Below, one piece after another: positions 44,741 through 58,604 of a DNA stretch of 64,000 nt; position 1 is the stretch's first letter, and every line of letters starts with the position of its first letter. The stretch lies in the NCBI RefSeq assembly GCF_009914755.1, contig NC_060932.1; one strand, given 5' to 3'. A program made the translations under genes and the position numbers. The stretch is from the human T2T-CHM13v2.0 reference genome, Homo sapiens. The notes below the pieces were generated by a model that worked only from the letters and a program-made list of their open reading frames with translations, ran no database searches and was not told the DNA's origin.

Positions 44741-44931
44741 TTTTCCTTTATCCCATATATACCCCCTACTCTAGTGAATTGTTTCTTTGTTGTTCATTCC
44801 TGTTCTTTGTTGTTCATATACATTCCTGTATATGAACAACATTTTCCTTTATCCCATATATACCCCCTACTCTAGTGAATTGTTTCTTTGTTGTTCATTC
44901 CTGTTTCTTTGTTGTTCATATACATTCCTGT
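44741..44931. repeat. 101-bp-period tandem duplication with a 15-bp hairpin at the junction
   Basis: Copies start at 44741 and 44842; perfect inverted repeat at 44808-44822 / 44827-44841. Confidence 0.95.
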
Positions 44932-46365
44932 TATAAAAATTCCCTTCCCTTTCTTATGTGCCCTCTCCTGAAAAGCCCTTCTACTTTTCTCAATAATGAT
45001 CCATGCGAGTCCCTTCTTGCAACTCCCAGCTCACGAATGAGCTCTTTCGGCAACTCCTGACTAAACCCTAACAACATGGCTGCCATTGATGCCAACACCT
45101 TCACTTTCCCAGGGACCCCAGATGCCAAGGCTCCATAGGCAACAATAAAGGATATGATGGTCCTGTAGTGGGTATGATAGAATTAGGCAAGAGATCACCA
45201 AAGCTGTCTGCCTACTACTGATGTAAACCTTGACATTCTGTGCACATAAAAATCATGTGCTCAATGTGTTTGTCTCAACTCCCTCAGCTCGTGATGCCCT
45301 CAGGGTTCTGTGGGCATTTATGCACTGAAGAAACAGGAGTTCACACATCCACCTCTGGACTGTGAAATGTGTATTGAGAAATACTTTGCAAGAGAGAATT
45401 TTTTTAAGTGAACAAACAACAAGTCTGTGCCACACACATCTTCCATATGCCCTGACTCAGGTCACTTAATCTCCAGGATTTCATTTCCTCACCTGGAAAA
45501 TATGGAGTTTGAGGTAGATTCTCATCTATCATTAAATCAACACTTTAACTAAAACGTAAGCTCCTTCAGGGCAGAGACCGTATCTTCAGTATCAAAAACA
45601 ATGTTTGACACATAGCTGCTCAATAAACATCTGTCCAATGAAGGTTTATTTAGTCCTTGCTTTATTTGAGGCACTATTTCAAGCATAGTAGTGAACAAAA
45701 CAAACCGTAGTCCTGTCCTCATGGGGCTTTCATTCTTCTAAAGAAGACACATTGGGTAAACAATTCCAAGTGTGATAACGTTCCTAAAGTGAAGCCCCCA
45801 GAATGCTACAGGAGGATACAGCAAAGTGTTTCAACCCAGTTTAGACATTTAGGGAAAGCTTATTAAAAAAATGAACAGGAGTTAAATAGAAGGAGATAAT
45901 GGCAATGGGAAGCAAGACTATGTCAGGCAGAGAGAACAATGGCAAGAAATTTGAGGAAAGGGAATCATTACCACTTGTATTATAGTGTCTAAAACAGTGA
46001 TGAGCACATAAGAAGTGAATGAGTTGAATGAATGCATCTGTAGATTCCTGCATTTGGGGCTATTTCTAAAGCACTGAGAGTTTTATTGTGAAGCTAGTTT
46101 TGATTTAAAGTTGATGTGAAATCTATTTCTAAATGAGATAATTGATAAGGTCTAATCTTCGGTTTCATTATATTTGAAATGGTTCTCAGAATGATGCTTA
46201 GTCCTTAATCCCATTAAATGGTTAGGCCTTTGAACACAGGAATCAAAGCCTGCAATTCCATACCCAGCACAGCACCTAGCTCAATGCCGAGCACATTATA
46301 GGTGCCAGATACCCAGCATTAACAGTGAATGTCCTTCTCAAATATTCTCAGATAGATTATTGTCA

Positions 46366-46658
46366 GCTGGGCACAGTGGCTCACACCTGTAATCTCAGCA
46401 CTTTGGGAGGCCGAGCCGGGCAGATCACTTGAGGCCAGGAGTTTTGAGACCAGCCTGGAAACATGGAGAAACCCCATCTCTACCAAAAATATAAAAATTA
46501 GCCAGGCATGATGGCAGGCGCCTGTGGGAGGCTGAGGCATGAGAATCACTTGAATCCCGGAGGCTGAGGTTGCAGCGAGCTGCGATCACGCCCCTGCACT
46601 CCAGCCTGGGCGACAGAGCAAGACTGTGTCTCAAAAAAAAATAAATAAATAAAAGAAA
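46366..46658 (+). mobile_element. Alu (J/S, small internal deletion) with 12-bp TSD
   Basis: TSD agattattgtca at 46354-46365 and 46659-46670. Confidence 0.95.
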
Positions 46659-47609
46659 AGATTATTGTCATAAACATGGAAGATTCCTGAGTCCTGAAAT
46701 TTATGTTCATGGTTTGTGTATGGTTACATCAAAAAGACTTTAAACCTGTCGTGTCCTTAATGCCTTTTGAGTACCAGCTTCCTATCATCCTGCCTTGGGG
46801 CAGGGGACCCTATTGCTTATTATAAGCTTTCTTTTCTAGTCCATCCACATTTTTCCTCTGAGACCTGCCATTCCCCAGCCCCATGTGATGGTATTATAGA
46901 GGGTGCAGACTCTTAAACTGGGCCAATCTTTACCTTGCCTATGAAGATTTGTTATTTTTTTGTTTTATTTTGTTTTGCCTTGATACCAAAGAGGCAGTCC
47001 ATCTCCAGTGACAAAAACTATCCCATTGTGGGGGAAAAGTCAGGAGCTTCCAGTGACAGTGTTTTCTGATATCTGATGAAAGTTGGTTTATGCTAAGAAA
47101 GTCAGCAAAACCAAGTGGAGGCAAGAATGTGGAGAGAGTCCTACAGATTCCGCATTCCTAGTTCCATTACGACTGAGGATCAGCGGCATCCCTGCTCTTC
47201 CAAGAAAGCTCACACAGTCTAGCTGTAATTAGTTGAGTTCCTGCTGCTTGAGGTCATGAGTCCTAATTAATATATTTGGCCAAAGATGATTCTAATGAAA
47301 CTAGAATCTCGAAGGAGCCATTGGGTTCACCTAGGGCAACCTCTTAGCTTGAAGGGAAACCCTAAGGGGTGGCCATTAAGCCTCTGCTTGACAAGTGGAT
47401 GGAGAAATAAACGCTGCAATCCATTTCATTCCATAACATTTAGCCTAAATTGTATTCCTTAACACTCAGCCTCAATCTCCTTCCAGTATTTTATACTTCC
47501 TGGGATAGCACTACCTTGCAGAAATGTACAGCAAATGGCTGATCGCTCTTCCATAGATAGTCCTTCAAATATTTAAGTGAGCTATCTTATTATCCCCAAC
47601 TCTTAGAAA

Positions 47610-47880
47610 GCAGAATAGCATGTTGGCTAAAAATTCCTGTTCTAAATAAGAATGCCTGAGTTCAAAATATTGCTTTCTCATTTGCTGTATAATAACTATG
47701 TAATAGCTATATAACCTTGAATAAGCCACTTATCGTGTCTGTTTTCTTATCTATTAAATGGGGAAGTAGAGATAATAACAGTACCTGACTCACAAGGTTG
47801 TTGAGAGGATTAAACAATGTAACGCAGACAAGGGACTAGCACAATACCAGACATACAATTACTCAGTAAGTATTAGCTAT
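47610..47880 (+). mobile_element. MIR SINE
   Basis: gcctgagttcaaaa...aaccttgaataagccactta...ataataacagtacctgactcacaaggttgttgagaggattaaa. Confidence 0.7.
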
Positions 47881-48586
47881 TTCTGTGGTGGTACTGATTG
47901 TCATTATTACTATTAGTTTTACTACCGTTAGTTTTTTTTCTCTTCCAGGCACTTCTAATGCCTTCAACACTTGTCACTTACTAGAAACCTCATCATCTTA
48001 TCTGTCCTCTAAATATACCCTCTCCATTTGCTTAAGCAAATGACTCTGGATGAGTACTGGCTCAAGAAGAGTACTGTGGACTCTGCTTTGTAAACACAAC
48101 CTGTGATTCTGTTGCCGTGTTCTGCAGTTACCTCACATAGCCCTTTCAGACTAGGCTGGTGGTCAAACGAATCTCTCAGATCCTCCATATGAATTGCTTT
48201 CTTACTTGTCCTTGTGGAATTTCATTTTTAGCCAAGCACAGATGTAAAAGTTTTCTTGCTAAATTTTTTTCTTATTGGTTTTGTCCAATATTCCAGCCTA
48301 TCAAAATCATTACAACTGCCCTAAATCTGCATTCACTCTGAATTTTGCTGAAAGCTTAAGATTTATAAAACATGTCAGCTTTCACTGCCAGCTCTGTGTC
48401 ACGTGCAGTTCTGATAAGGACGTTTCCTCTATCTTGATTCACATCTTTGATAAAATGTTGACTAAAATAGGGCCAAGATCAAAGTTTTGTAACTCTTTTC
48501 TGGTAATATTAATTGATATCAATAGTAGTTATTGTCATCTAACACATTATAATCTACAAAATGACTTTAATACACGTGATCCAAAT

Positions 48587-49108
48587 CAGCAGTGCTCACC
48601 CTTTTTGGCACCGGGAACTGGTTTCGGAAGACAATTTTTCCACAGACTGGTGTGGTTGGGGGATGGTTCCGGGATGATTCAAGCACGGTATGTTTATTGT
48701 GCATTTTATTTCTATTATTATTACATTGTAATATATAATGAAATAATTATACAACTCACCATAATGTAGAATCAGTGGGAGCCCTCAGCTTGTTTTCCTG
48801 CAACTAGATGGTCCCATCAGGGGTGATGACAGTGACAGATCATCAGGCATTAGAGTCTCATAAGGAGCATGCAACCAAGATCCTTCACATGTGCAGTTCA
48901 CAATAGGCTTTGCACTCCTATGAGAATCTGATGCCACTGCTGCTCTGACAGGAGGCGAGGCTCAGGCAGCAATAAGAGTGATGGGGAGTGCCTATAAATA
49001 CAGGTGAATCTTCCCTCACTAGTCACCTCCTCACCTCCCACTGTGCAGCCCAGCTCCTAACAGCCTATGGGCCGGTACTGGTCCATGCCCTGGAGGCTAG
49101 GGACCCTG
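48587..49108. mobile_element. MER1A (hAT-Charlie), near full length
   Basis: cagcagtgctcaccctttttggcacc...gggaccctg; 8-bp TSD atccaaat / atctaaat. Confidence 0.9.
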
Positions 49109-52100
49109 ATCTAAATTAATCCTTATGACTACTTTATGAGGTGAGTAGTAACATCAACTTTATTTTGCAGATAAGAAAACTATGGTTCATATAGTTTAAA
49201 TAATGTGACCAAAGTCCCCCATCTGAGAAGGGCCACATCCAGATGAAACGTGGGTCTTCTGGCAATAAATCGAGTGGGTCCATCAATTGCAGGGCCGCTT
49301 CACTTGACCACAGTCCACCACACAGTTCCCCACTTTATCCACAGAAAATTCATTATGGCTTTCTCGAATGATTTGCAGAAATACAGATATGTTTTCCTCA
49401 TAGAGTAATCTAGGTGCCAACAGAAAGCATGTCAGGCAGGGCAGGGCGGGGAGGGAGAAGGAGGTTGCTGGTTATATGGCAACTTTTCTGAGTTACTGTT
49501 GGGACTTGACTAGAACATGTATATGGACTTGGCATAAAATGGGCACCCACGAGCGGCAGCTCTTTTTCTTATCATGAGCCTCAACTCCTGTTTTGTTTCC
49601 AATTAAAGACTATTCTAGTTGCATGCAAGAGAAGCAAGAGAGAAATGAAATGCTTCAGCATTTTTCCCTTCATTATCTTTGAGTAGTAGAAGGGATCTGC
49701 CCCCTCCTTGACAACTCCTTGGACCCAAAGGAAATAAAGGACATTTTTTATCACCTTCAGCATTTTTTCAGCCATTCTGGATTCTAACCCTCTGCCTCCA
49801 GCCACTCTTCTTTCAGGTGCATGCCCTGGTTCTATTTGTCCTCATTATGGGTCCAGCCTCCTTCTTTTATATTTATTTGTTAAAATCTGAGTTCAGCAGT
49901 GGTGCCTGTCTGTAATTAAACTGGCTTTGGCTTTGGTTTTGTTTATGTATTTGTTTATATATTCATTTTATATAGGCAAATATTTATACATACCTACTAT
50001 TTCCCTTTGTTTCTCATTGGAATTTTAGAATAATAATTTTATTTTTTTCTAGATTTTTCCATGCATCTTTGGCTATTACCACTCCTGACAAGGAAACATC
50101 CTTACATCCTCTGAATTTTTTCACACATCAATTAAAAATTCCAGGACACGTGTCTGATAACGACCAGCATCCATTTTCCTCATTGTCATGACTATAAAAT
50201 GAAATAGTGACTTATTCCCAAGTGTGTAAGTGACAAATCTCTACATCACAAACTACAATTTTGTTTTTATTTCTTTAAGAATTACATTCTATTGGCTTGT
50301 TCCTGGACTGACACTTACTGGCTGTTCAGCCCTGACAATGTCATTTATATTCTTTTAGCCTCACTACCCCCATCTGCAAAATGGAAATCATAAAACTACC
50401 CAATTCATTAGGCTGTTAAGGGGATTAAATGAGATTCTGTATATAGAATACATGGTACTATAAGTGCTATAAAATTAGTGTTCAAATTGCCAATTATTAG
50501 CATAAGTAATTGATTAGAATGTCTTGAAAACCATTTCATTCTTTGCTGGACTGTCTCATCTGAAGCACAAGTCTTCTAAGGGAAGCAAAGAGTTCCCTCT
50601 GAACACTGGGGACCAAGCTGGGGCATCCCTGCTGGATTTGGCGACGACTCTGCTGAGCCCTCTCATAGCAGACCTTCCCTGGAGAGGAAGGAACCCCCCA
50701 CAGGCTCAGCAGTCCACTGCCCACGACTACTTAAAAGAGAGACCCCAGTGAGGAATCCCACACTGCAAGGCGGCTCCAGGCCTTCTCAGAAAGGAGCAGC
50801 TGGGCAGACAAGTCCAGCAGTCATCCAAAGGATGGGGCTTTAAAAACGCCCCAGCAGAGTTTCACACCCTTGGGCTGGCTCTCAGGGTCCTGGAGAGTCA
50901 GGGACGGCAGAGGACGCCTCAGCCCCTGGAAGATCACACTACATAGGAGAATGGCGACCTCAGAATCCTCCTGGATGGATCCTCACATTCCTTATCACAC
51001 AGCTTCTCTGGTTATTTCCTCAGCAAGGAATAGGTCAGGCTCTTCTCTAGTTCTGACCTCCAAAGGCTGGGCTCCCTGTGTCATAGGTCTGGCTGGTGGG
51101 CTGCTGGGGACAGCAGGCTTCTTGGGTGGGCTCACAGTCACACCCAAGGACTGCAGAGCCCCTGCGGACTACAGTGGAACTCTGGCAATACGTTGGGGTT
51201 ATCCAGACCCTGACCCTGTAACAATTCGGTCCCTGTCTGGGTAGTGATGAAGGGCAGGGATCTGTTTCTGATGAAGAGTCATGAGCTTCCTTGGCAAATC
51301 TTATGCTCTCGCTGGAGAAATATTGAAGCTGTGGGGAAAGAGACACGTTGTCTGGGATATTCTTGATTTGTTATAAAACTTCATGTGCTAACATCCATGG
51401 AGCTTATGCAAGTTGTTTGCGACATAGTAAAAAACTAACAAAAAATCCTAAAACTTTGGTGGCGGGGGGAGGGGCATCCTGAGTGTCCTGAGATGCCATG
51501 AGTGCTGCACACTTAAAGTTGACAATTCAGTAAACTTGTCGATACAAGCCTGGTTAGGGGGAAAATCCCAAACTCGCAAAACCAGAAACCTAGATCTGCG
51601 GGGCTTTCTCAAAGAGAAGTGATAGGGTTCCACAAACAGAGCAACAGTCTTCCAATCCACTAGGAGGCAGGCTGTTAAAAATATCCAGGAATCATTGTCC
51701 TTCTAAAAGGACTGGACTTCTTTCAATAGCCACCTCTAGATACTCATAAGCACATCTTTTCTGTCTTACATCTTTCCTATCGTCATGACAAATCCCATTT
51801 TTGTCTTCAGGTATAAACATTGTGGACTCTTCATTCAACACTGAACCTCAAACCCTGTCCCTCTTTTTCATGGAAGAAAAAAGGAAATGAGGGCAGGAAA
51901 AGGGAGAGGGAAGAAGAGTATAGAAAAAGAAGGAACCAGGGAAGAAAATGTCTCAAAACCACCTACCCCTTAACTGGAATTTGGTCTGTTTTTCCCTGTC
52001 TAGAATTATAATCCTTGTTTTCTCAGACCTAGCTCAGAGTGAGGCAGGAGAGTAGGTGAATGTGAGTGAGAACCAAAAGCAAAATGGAAACAGAAACAAA

Positions 52101-53344
52101 CATATGGAGACTTCATTTAATTACATAATTACTTCCAGGGTCTTCCCGAAGAGCTGAGTGTGCCTTGAAAGGGTCAAGGAGAGGGGTCATGGCTTTAAGA
52201 GGACACTTAAAACCTAGGGTGGAACAAACTTGGGGATGGACAAACCACACTCACAGAGAGTGGGACCACAGCAACGTTGCCATGGAAAGGTCTTCCTTTG
52301 GAACACGATGTGTGGCAATGGGAATACCTTGCTGTTGCTGCTGTCAACCACTGCAAAATCGTGTGTCCATTATTTTTCCTTTCTCTTCTTTTACTAAAGA
52401 AGTATCAGATTACTGGTCTGCCCAGTCAGGGATATTTTTCTTGTCTGTTGGGTAGAGAGGTTTATCAGCTGTATTTCAAACACACTATTTTGCACCTAGG
52501 AAATAGGATCATGGGTCATAAAACACAGGATAGGCCCCAAGGATCCAAAGAACATACGGGTAGGCTCTAGCAAGCAGTCGCCCTGGAAAGAGCCTGCGTA
52601 ATGCAAGAACTTTTCAATCCTTGATGTCTAGGTGGTGAAACTCTTTACCAATTGCCACGTGCTCCTGACTCTAGTATGCAGTTGGTCTTCTTGATAATGA
52701 CGATTCTGAATAACACAGTACATGACAGTCTATTCCCTGAATTGTATTTTTAAAACATATTCTGTTCAAGCACTAGCAATGACATGGTGAATAAGATGTC
52801 ATTCCAGACCTCAAATAGCCTACTCGAATATGACCAAACTGTATGCTTCTATACCTAAAATATGATGTGTCAGTTGCTAGATAAGATCTGCTAGACAGGA
52901 TCTTAGAAGCATTGGTTAATTTTCTTTAGGAAGGCTGCCCAGAGTAGGTGAGCTTTTCTTTTTACTGTTAACTCATCTGTAAATTGGGGTGCACAATGCC
53001 CACTACAAAGGCCCTTGAGAATTTAAATAACAAAAGAAATGACAGCCCAGCGCATAATAAGGACTCAACCAAAGTTGTTTCTTCGTATCAATCAAGCATT
53101 GCATTCAGCCATGGGTAACCGAGGCCTCAGTAAAAGTAACCTAAAATTATAGAAGCTCATTTTTTCTTCAAAGTTAGTTACTTCCCGGTTACAAGACGGT
53201 AGCTGCAGCTCCTGCCATCTACATTCTAGGAAAAAAGAGACAGGGGACGAGGGAAGAGTAAAGGGACCAGCCAATTGGGTAGCTACCTTTAAAGATTTCC
53301 TGGACCTGGAAGTCCTGCCCAAGACTTTCAGTCTAAGGAGGAAA

Positions 53345-55760
53345 ATATTAATGGTTCAATATTTAACCATTAAATATGATGCTCTTTTGTCATATTGAGG
53401 AAGTTGCCTCTTATTCTTAATTCGTTGAGAGGTTTTTTTTTTTATCATGAATAGATGTTAAATGTTGCCAAATGCTTTTCCTCCTTCTATTAAGATGATT
53501 GTATTTTTTTTTCTCCTGTACTCTGTTAATATAATGAATTACACTGATTGATTTTCCAGTGTTAAGACATTTGAAAATTTGGAAAGAAAGCCAACTTGAT
53601 CATGATGTATTAGCTCTTTCTATAGTGCTGGATTCAATTTGATATTTTGTTAAGGATTTCTGCACCTATATTTATGACAGATATTTGTTTTCAATTTTTT
53701 TTCCTCTAATGTGTTGGTCTTCTGAAAAAACTAGTGGGGAAGTGTTTCCCTGCTCTATTTACTGAACCAACTTGTTTAATATTGATACTATTTCTTTCTG
53801 AAATATTTGATAAATGTCAACAGTGAAAACATCTAGACTTGAAGTTTGTTTTCTTTGTGGAAACATTTTGACTATAAATTAAATCTGTTCAGTAAATAAA
53901 AGGTTAATAGAATATCTGTCAGTTTGGGCTGTATTTTTCAAGGAGTTTGTCAATTTTATATGTTTCCAAATTTTTCCTTATAAAGGTATGTGTAATGTTA
54001 TTATCCTTTTAATGTCTGTAGAATCTGAAATGATGACCTCTCTTTCAGTTTTGATATTTTTTCTCTCCTTCTTGAGCAGTCTTACTATGAGTTTATTGAT
54101 TTTGTTAATCTTTTCAACATACCTATTTGGGGATTTGTCATATTTCTCTATTTTTTCCATTTCATTGATTTCTGTTATTATTTCCTACCTCTAATTACTT
54201 TGGATTTAATTTGTTATTTTCCTAGTTTTTTAAGATGGAAGCCTAGATCATTGTTTTAAAATCATTCTTCCTTTCCCATATAATCTTTATAATTATGCAT
54301 TTCCTTCCAAACACTGCTTTAATTGCTTCTACCAAACATTGTTATTTTCATTACCATTCAGCTAAAATGTTTTGTCATGCCTGTGATTGCTATTTGAATC
54401 CATGGGCTATGTAGAAATGTACTAATTCCAAATATTTGGACATTTTCTAGCTATCTTATTGTTATTGATTTCTAAGTAATTCTGTTTTGGCCAGAAAACA
54501 AATTCTTTAAGATTTTGATCTTTTGAGTGTTGAGGCTTATTTTACTTTTGAGCATAGTGTTTATTTTGGCTGACATTCCAAGTGTACTTGAAAAGAATGT
54601 ATATTTTGCAGTTGTTGGGTGTAATGTTATAGTTCTGTGAATATTAATTAGGTCAAGTTGATTAATATTGTTGTTAAAATCTTCTATATCTTGATTGTCT
54701 AATTCTGTCAGTTAGTGAGAGAGAAGTATTAAAATCTGTAACTATGTTTGTGGGTGTGTCTATTTCTTCCTTTAGCTCTGTCAGTTTTTTTCTTCATGTA
54801 TCCTGAACCTCTGTTATTAACTGCATAAGATATATGATTGCTATATCTTCTTGTTGAATTGAATTGTTTATCATTATATGCAGTACCCTTTTATTACTGG
54901 TAATATTCCTTGTCTGGAAGTTTATTTTCTGTTGATATACCTATACCATCCTTCTTATGCTTACTGTTTCCATCCTTTTACTCTTCATCTATTTGTGCCA
55001 GTTTATTTAAATTGTTTCTCTGTCTCCTTTAGGATTATATGGCTGCCTTTTGCTTTTTAATCTAGTCTGATAGTTTCTACCTCTTAAATAGAAAGTTTAA
55101 TTCATTTACATTTAATATAATTAATAATATGGTTGGGTGTAAGTCTACCCTCTTGTTATTTATTTCCAAGTTATCTTATCTAGTTTTGTTTATCTGTTTC
55201 TTCTTTTCCTGTCTTCTGAAGTAATATTTTTTATATTCCATTTTCATTCCTCTATTTGCTTTGTGTTAATTTTTTATGGTTTCTTCTAGATAGAGTACAA
55301 GATGGATCCTTAACTTATTACTGTCAATTTAGAGTTAATATTTTACTAGTTCACATAAAATGTAAGACCCTTACAACAGCAAAATTCTATTTACTCTGCC
55401 TATCCTTTTTGCTATTGTTGTCCTTTAGTTTGTCCACATAAGTAATAAAATTCTATAATGCAATGTATTATTTTTGTTTTAAATAATTTGTTATATTTCA
55501 AAAAATTCAGAGAAGGAAAAAACATTTCTTTGTATTTCTAATAACATTTACTTTTTCTGGTTCTCTCATTCTTTCCTGTAGATCCAAGTTTCCATATGGT
55601 GTCATTTCCTTTCAGTCTGAAAATTTTTCTTAAGCATTTCTTATAATACAGACCTGCTGGCAATAAATTCTACAGGCTTGTTATCCTGAAAATATCTTTA
55701 TTTCATCCTTTGAAGTATAATTTTAAAGGATAAAGAATTTTGTGTTGAGTGTTTTTATCC
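53345..55760 (-). mobile_element. Old L1M ORF2-region fragment (antisense)
   Basis: Minus-strand peptide EKINKINKLIVRL...DSTDIKRII resembles the L1 ORF2 segment EKINKIDKPLARL...TDPTEIKRII; T-rich decayed L1 text throughout. Confidence 0.85.
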
Positions 55761-56257
55761 CATATTATACTATTAAGTTAATGATGGGTTCTTTTGGTCC
55801 TGTCAGATTTGTTTCATTCTTTGTTAGGGCAAGTCTATTTCAGTTTTGAACTTAGAGCATGGCCCTCATTCCTAAGGCCTAGTCTTTCTGGAGTCACGAC
55901 TGCATGTCTGAAGTACTCACTCAGCTGTGTCCACTCTGGCTTGTCATTTGATAACGCTACTAACAGGAGCATAATAACATCAACTCTTGACTGTTTTATA
56001 AAGTGTAATTTTTTTATTTCGATTTTTAAATTTTAAAACATATAAAGATTATACTTCCAGGTTAAACCTTTGTCTGACTATTCCTTGTACCCCCAGAGGC
56101 AACCACTATTGTGTTTTTACATTTATTGCTTCTATGTATGAGTATACTTTTCCTATTCATGAATTTATCCTTAAACAGGAAAATGGATAAGTAACTGGGA
56201 TACTTAAGTCTTGTATTAGAGAGATGCTTTGGAGACAGAAGTTATATTAGAAAAGGA

Positions 56258-56590
<333 letters not shown>

Positions 56591-57729
56591 AGATTCTAGA
56601 GACAGGAAGATTAATTAGAAGATTGTTGAAATGATCCACAATGAATGTTGGTGAGGAAGAAGTAAGGGCAAAAATAATAGATAAGGAGGCTGAAAGGCCA
56701 TTTGCAAGGAAAGGATAACATTAAATTTGATTTAAAGCTTGAATTTTAAATATGTTTATTGGTGTTATTTAAATACTGGGAAGTATTTAAGTAACTTTTC
56801 AAAATTATGTCCTGTTAAACATTTAATGCATGTCTCCTATGTGCCATGTACTGTGTTGAAATTTGTGGATGTGATGTTAAGCAAAAATAAAATCATAATT
56901 TCTACCTATACAAATCTTTCTGCTGTGCTCATACTCTCTTCTGAAGGGACAAATGTACATAGCCATTTTTTCAGCCCAATATTTAGCAGGTATGCATTGG
57001 TACAGCCATGCCAGGTTTATGTAGTCAGTGCCTAATCTAATTGATTGACATCCTGTTCTAAAAAGTTGGTTCTTCATTCCGATTGGCTGATACCTCTTAT
57101 GTATCAATTGCTAAGTTTTAGTATTTGACTATCAACATGAATGACCAATAGCATGACACTTCAAAGATAAGTTCAACCTATCATAGTCTTTCTTTCATTG
57201 AAATAATTAACCCTACGGCCACAAATTATGGAGGATCAGAAACGTGATTAAACAGAGGAAACTAATTGATAGCAGGATGAAAGAAGCAGACATATGAAGT
57301 GTAATTGTATAAAAACCATGATGTATCACTAACACTCTGCCAAGATGTTTAGACCCATCTTGAATCTGGACTGTGTGAGGTCCAGCCCTATTTTAGATCT
57401 TCTCTTCTTAGATATCCAATAGATTCTCCTAATCACTTCATGTAATTCCTCACAATAAACACCCGCCTTCCTTAAGCTAGCTTGCTTGAGTAAATCTTCG
57501 TTTATTTAGCCAAGAGACAAACTAAACTGTAACATCATCTATAATTCAGATAATTTGTCAAACCATGACATGAATACATTCATCAAATCTGAGCGCTGTG
57601 TAAGTACAGGAAGTGGCATAAATGTCAAGAACAGATGTGAAGCTGGAAGTCTGGAGACATTTTCTGACCATACTGGGTAAAGGAATTTATTCTAGTTCTC
57701 TTAACTTTGGGACTTAAGAGATGCTATCA

Positions 57730-57912
57730 AGCAATAGTTCTCAATCTTCAATGTGCATCAGAATCGCCAAGAAAACCTTGTTAAAATATAAGTGTCTGGG
57801 CTCCATTGGCAGAAATTCTGATTCAGTAGGTCTGAGGAAAGGCCCCAGAATATGCATTTCCAACAAGGTGCTAATGCTGCTGATCTGGGGAACCCACTTT
57901 AAGAACAACTGG
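57730..57912. mobile_element. MER5A-like hAT MITE
   Basis: gttctcaatctt...gcatcagaatc...cagaaattctgattcagtaggtctgagg...tgcatttccaacaag...cactttaagaacaactg. Confidence 0.8.
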
Positions 57913-58044
57913 CATGGAGAATTCTCAGAGTAAGTTCATGTTAATGTTCATCTGTTTATGGTTCCCGCCTTTACAGAGTCACCAGTTCCATGGTAGCTTA
58001 CTACTTTACAAAATTCTGCCATCCATATTCCCAGGGTTAGATTG

Positions 58045-58604
58045 TGTTATGGTTAATATGGACTGTCAACTTGACTGGACTGAAGGATGCAAAGTATTGT
58101 TCCTGGCTGTGTCTGTGAGGGTGTTGCCAAAGGAGATTAACATTTAAGTCAGTGGGGTGGGAAAGGCAGACCTACCCTCAATCTGGGCGGGCACCATCTT
58201 ATCAGCTGCCATAGCGACTAGAATAAAGCAGGCAGAAGAAGTTGGAAATAGCAGACTTGCTGAATCTTCTGGACTTCATCTTTCTCCCATGCTGGATGCT
58301 TCCTGTCCTTGAACATCAGACTCCCAGTTCTTCAGCTTTTGGACTCTTGGACTTACACCAGTGGTTTGCCAGGGGCTCTCAGGCCTTTGGCCACAAACTG
58401 AAGACTGCACTGTTGACTTCTCTATTTTTGAGGTTTTGGAACTCAGACTGATCCACCACTGGCTTCCTTGCTCCTCAACTTGCAGACGGCCTATCGTGGG
58501 ACTTCACCTTGTGATCGTGTGAGTCAATTCTCCTTAACAAACTCCCTTTCATATATACATATATCTTATTAGTACTGTCCCTCTAGAGAACCCTGACTAA
58601 CACA
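58045..58604 (+). mobile_element. MLT2A (ERVL) solo LTR
   Basis: tgttatggttaatatggactgtcaacttgactggactgaaggatgcaaagtattg...ctagagaaccctgactaacaca. Confidence 0.9.

Noticed and set aside
44741-44931. Direct repeats as a CRISPR-like array or miRNA hairpin
   Set aside because: Eukaryotic DNA with only two copies and no unique spacers; the 15-bp stem is too short for a pre-miRNA.
48275-48769. 164-aa plus-strand ORF
   Set aside because: TTG start, no recognisable domain, and the 3' part lies in MER1A.
50870-51244. 124-aa plus-strand ORF (and 52165/52277 plus-strand ORFs)
   Set aside because: No plus-strand splice context or homology; better explained as the antisense shadow of the minus-strand exon-like segments.
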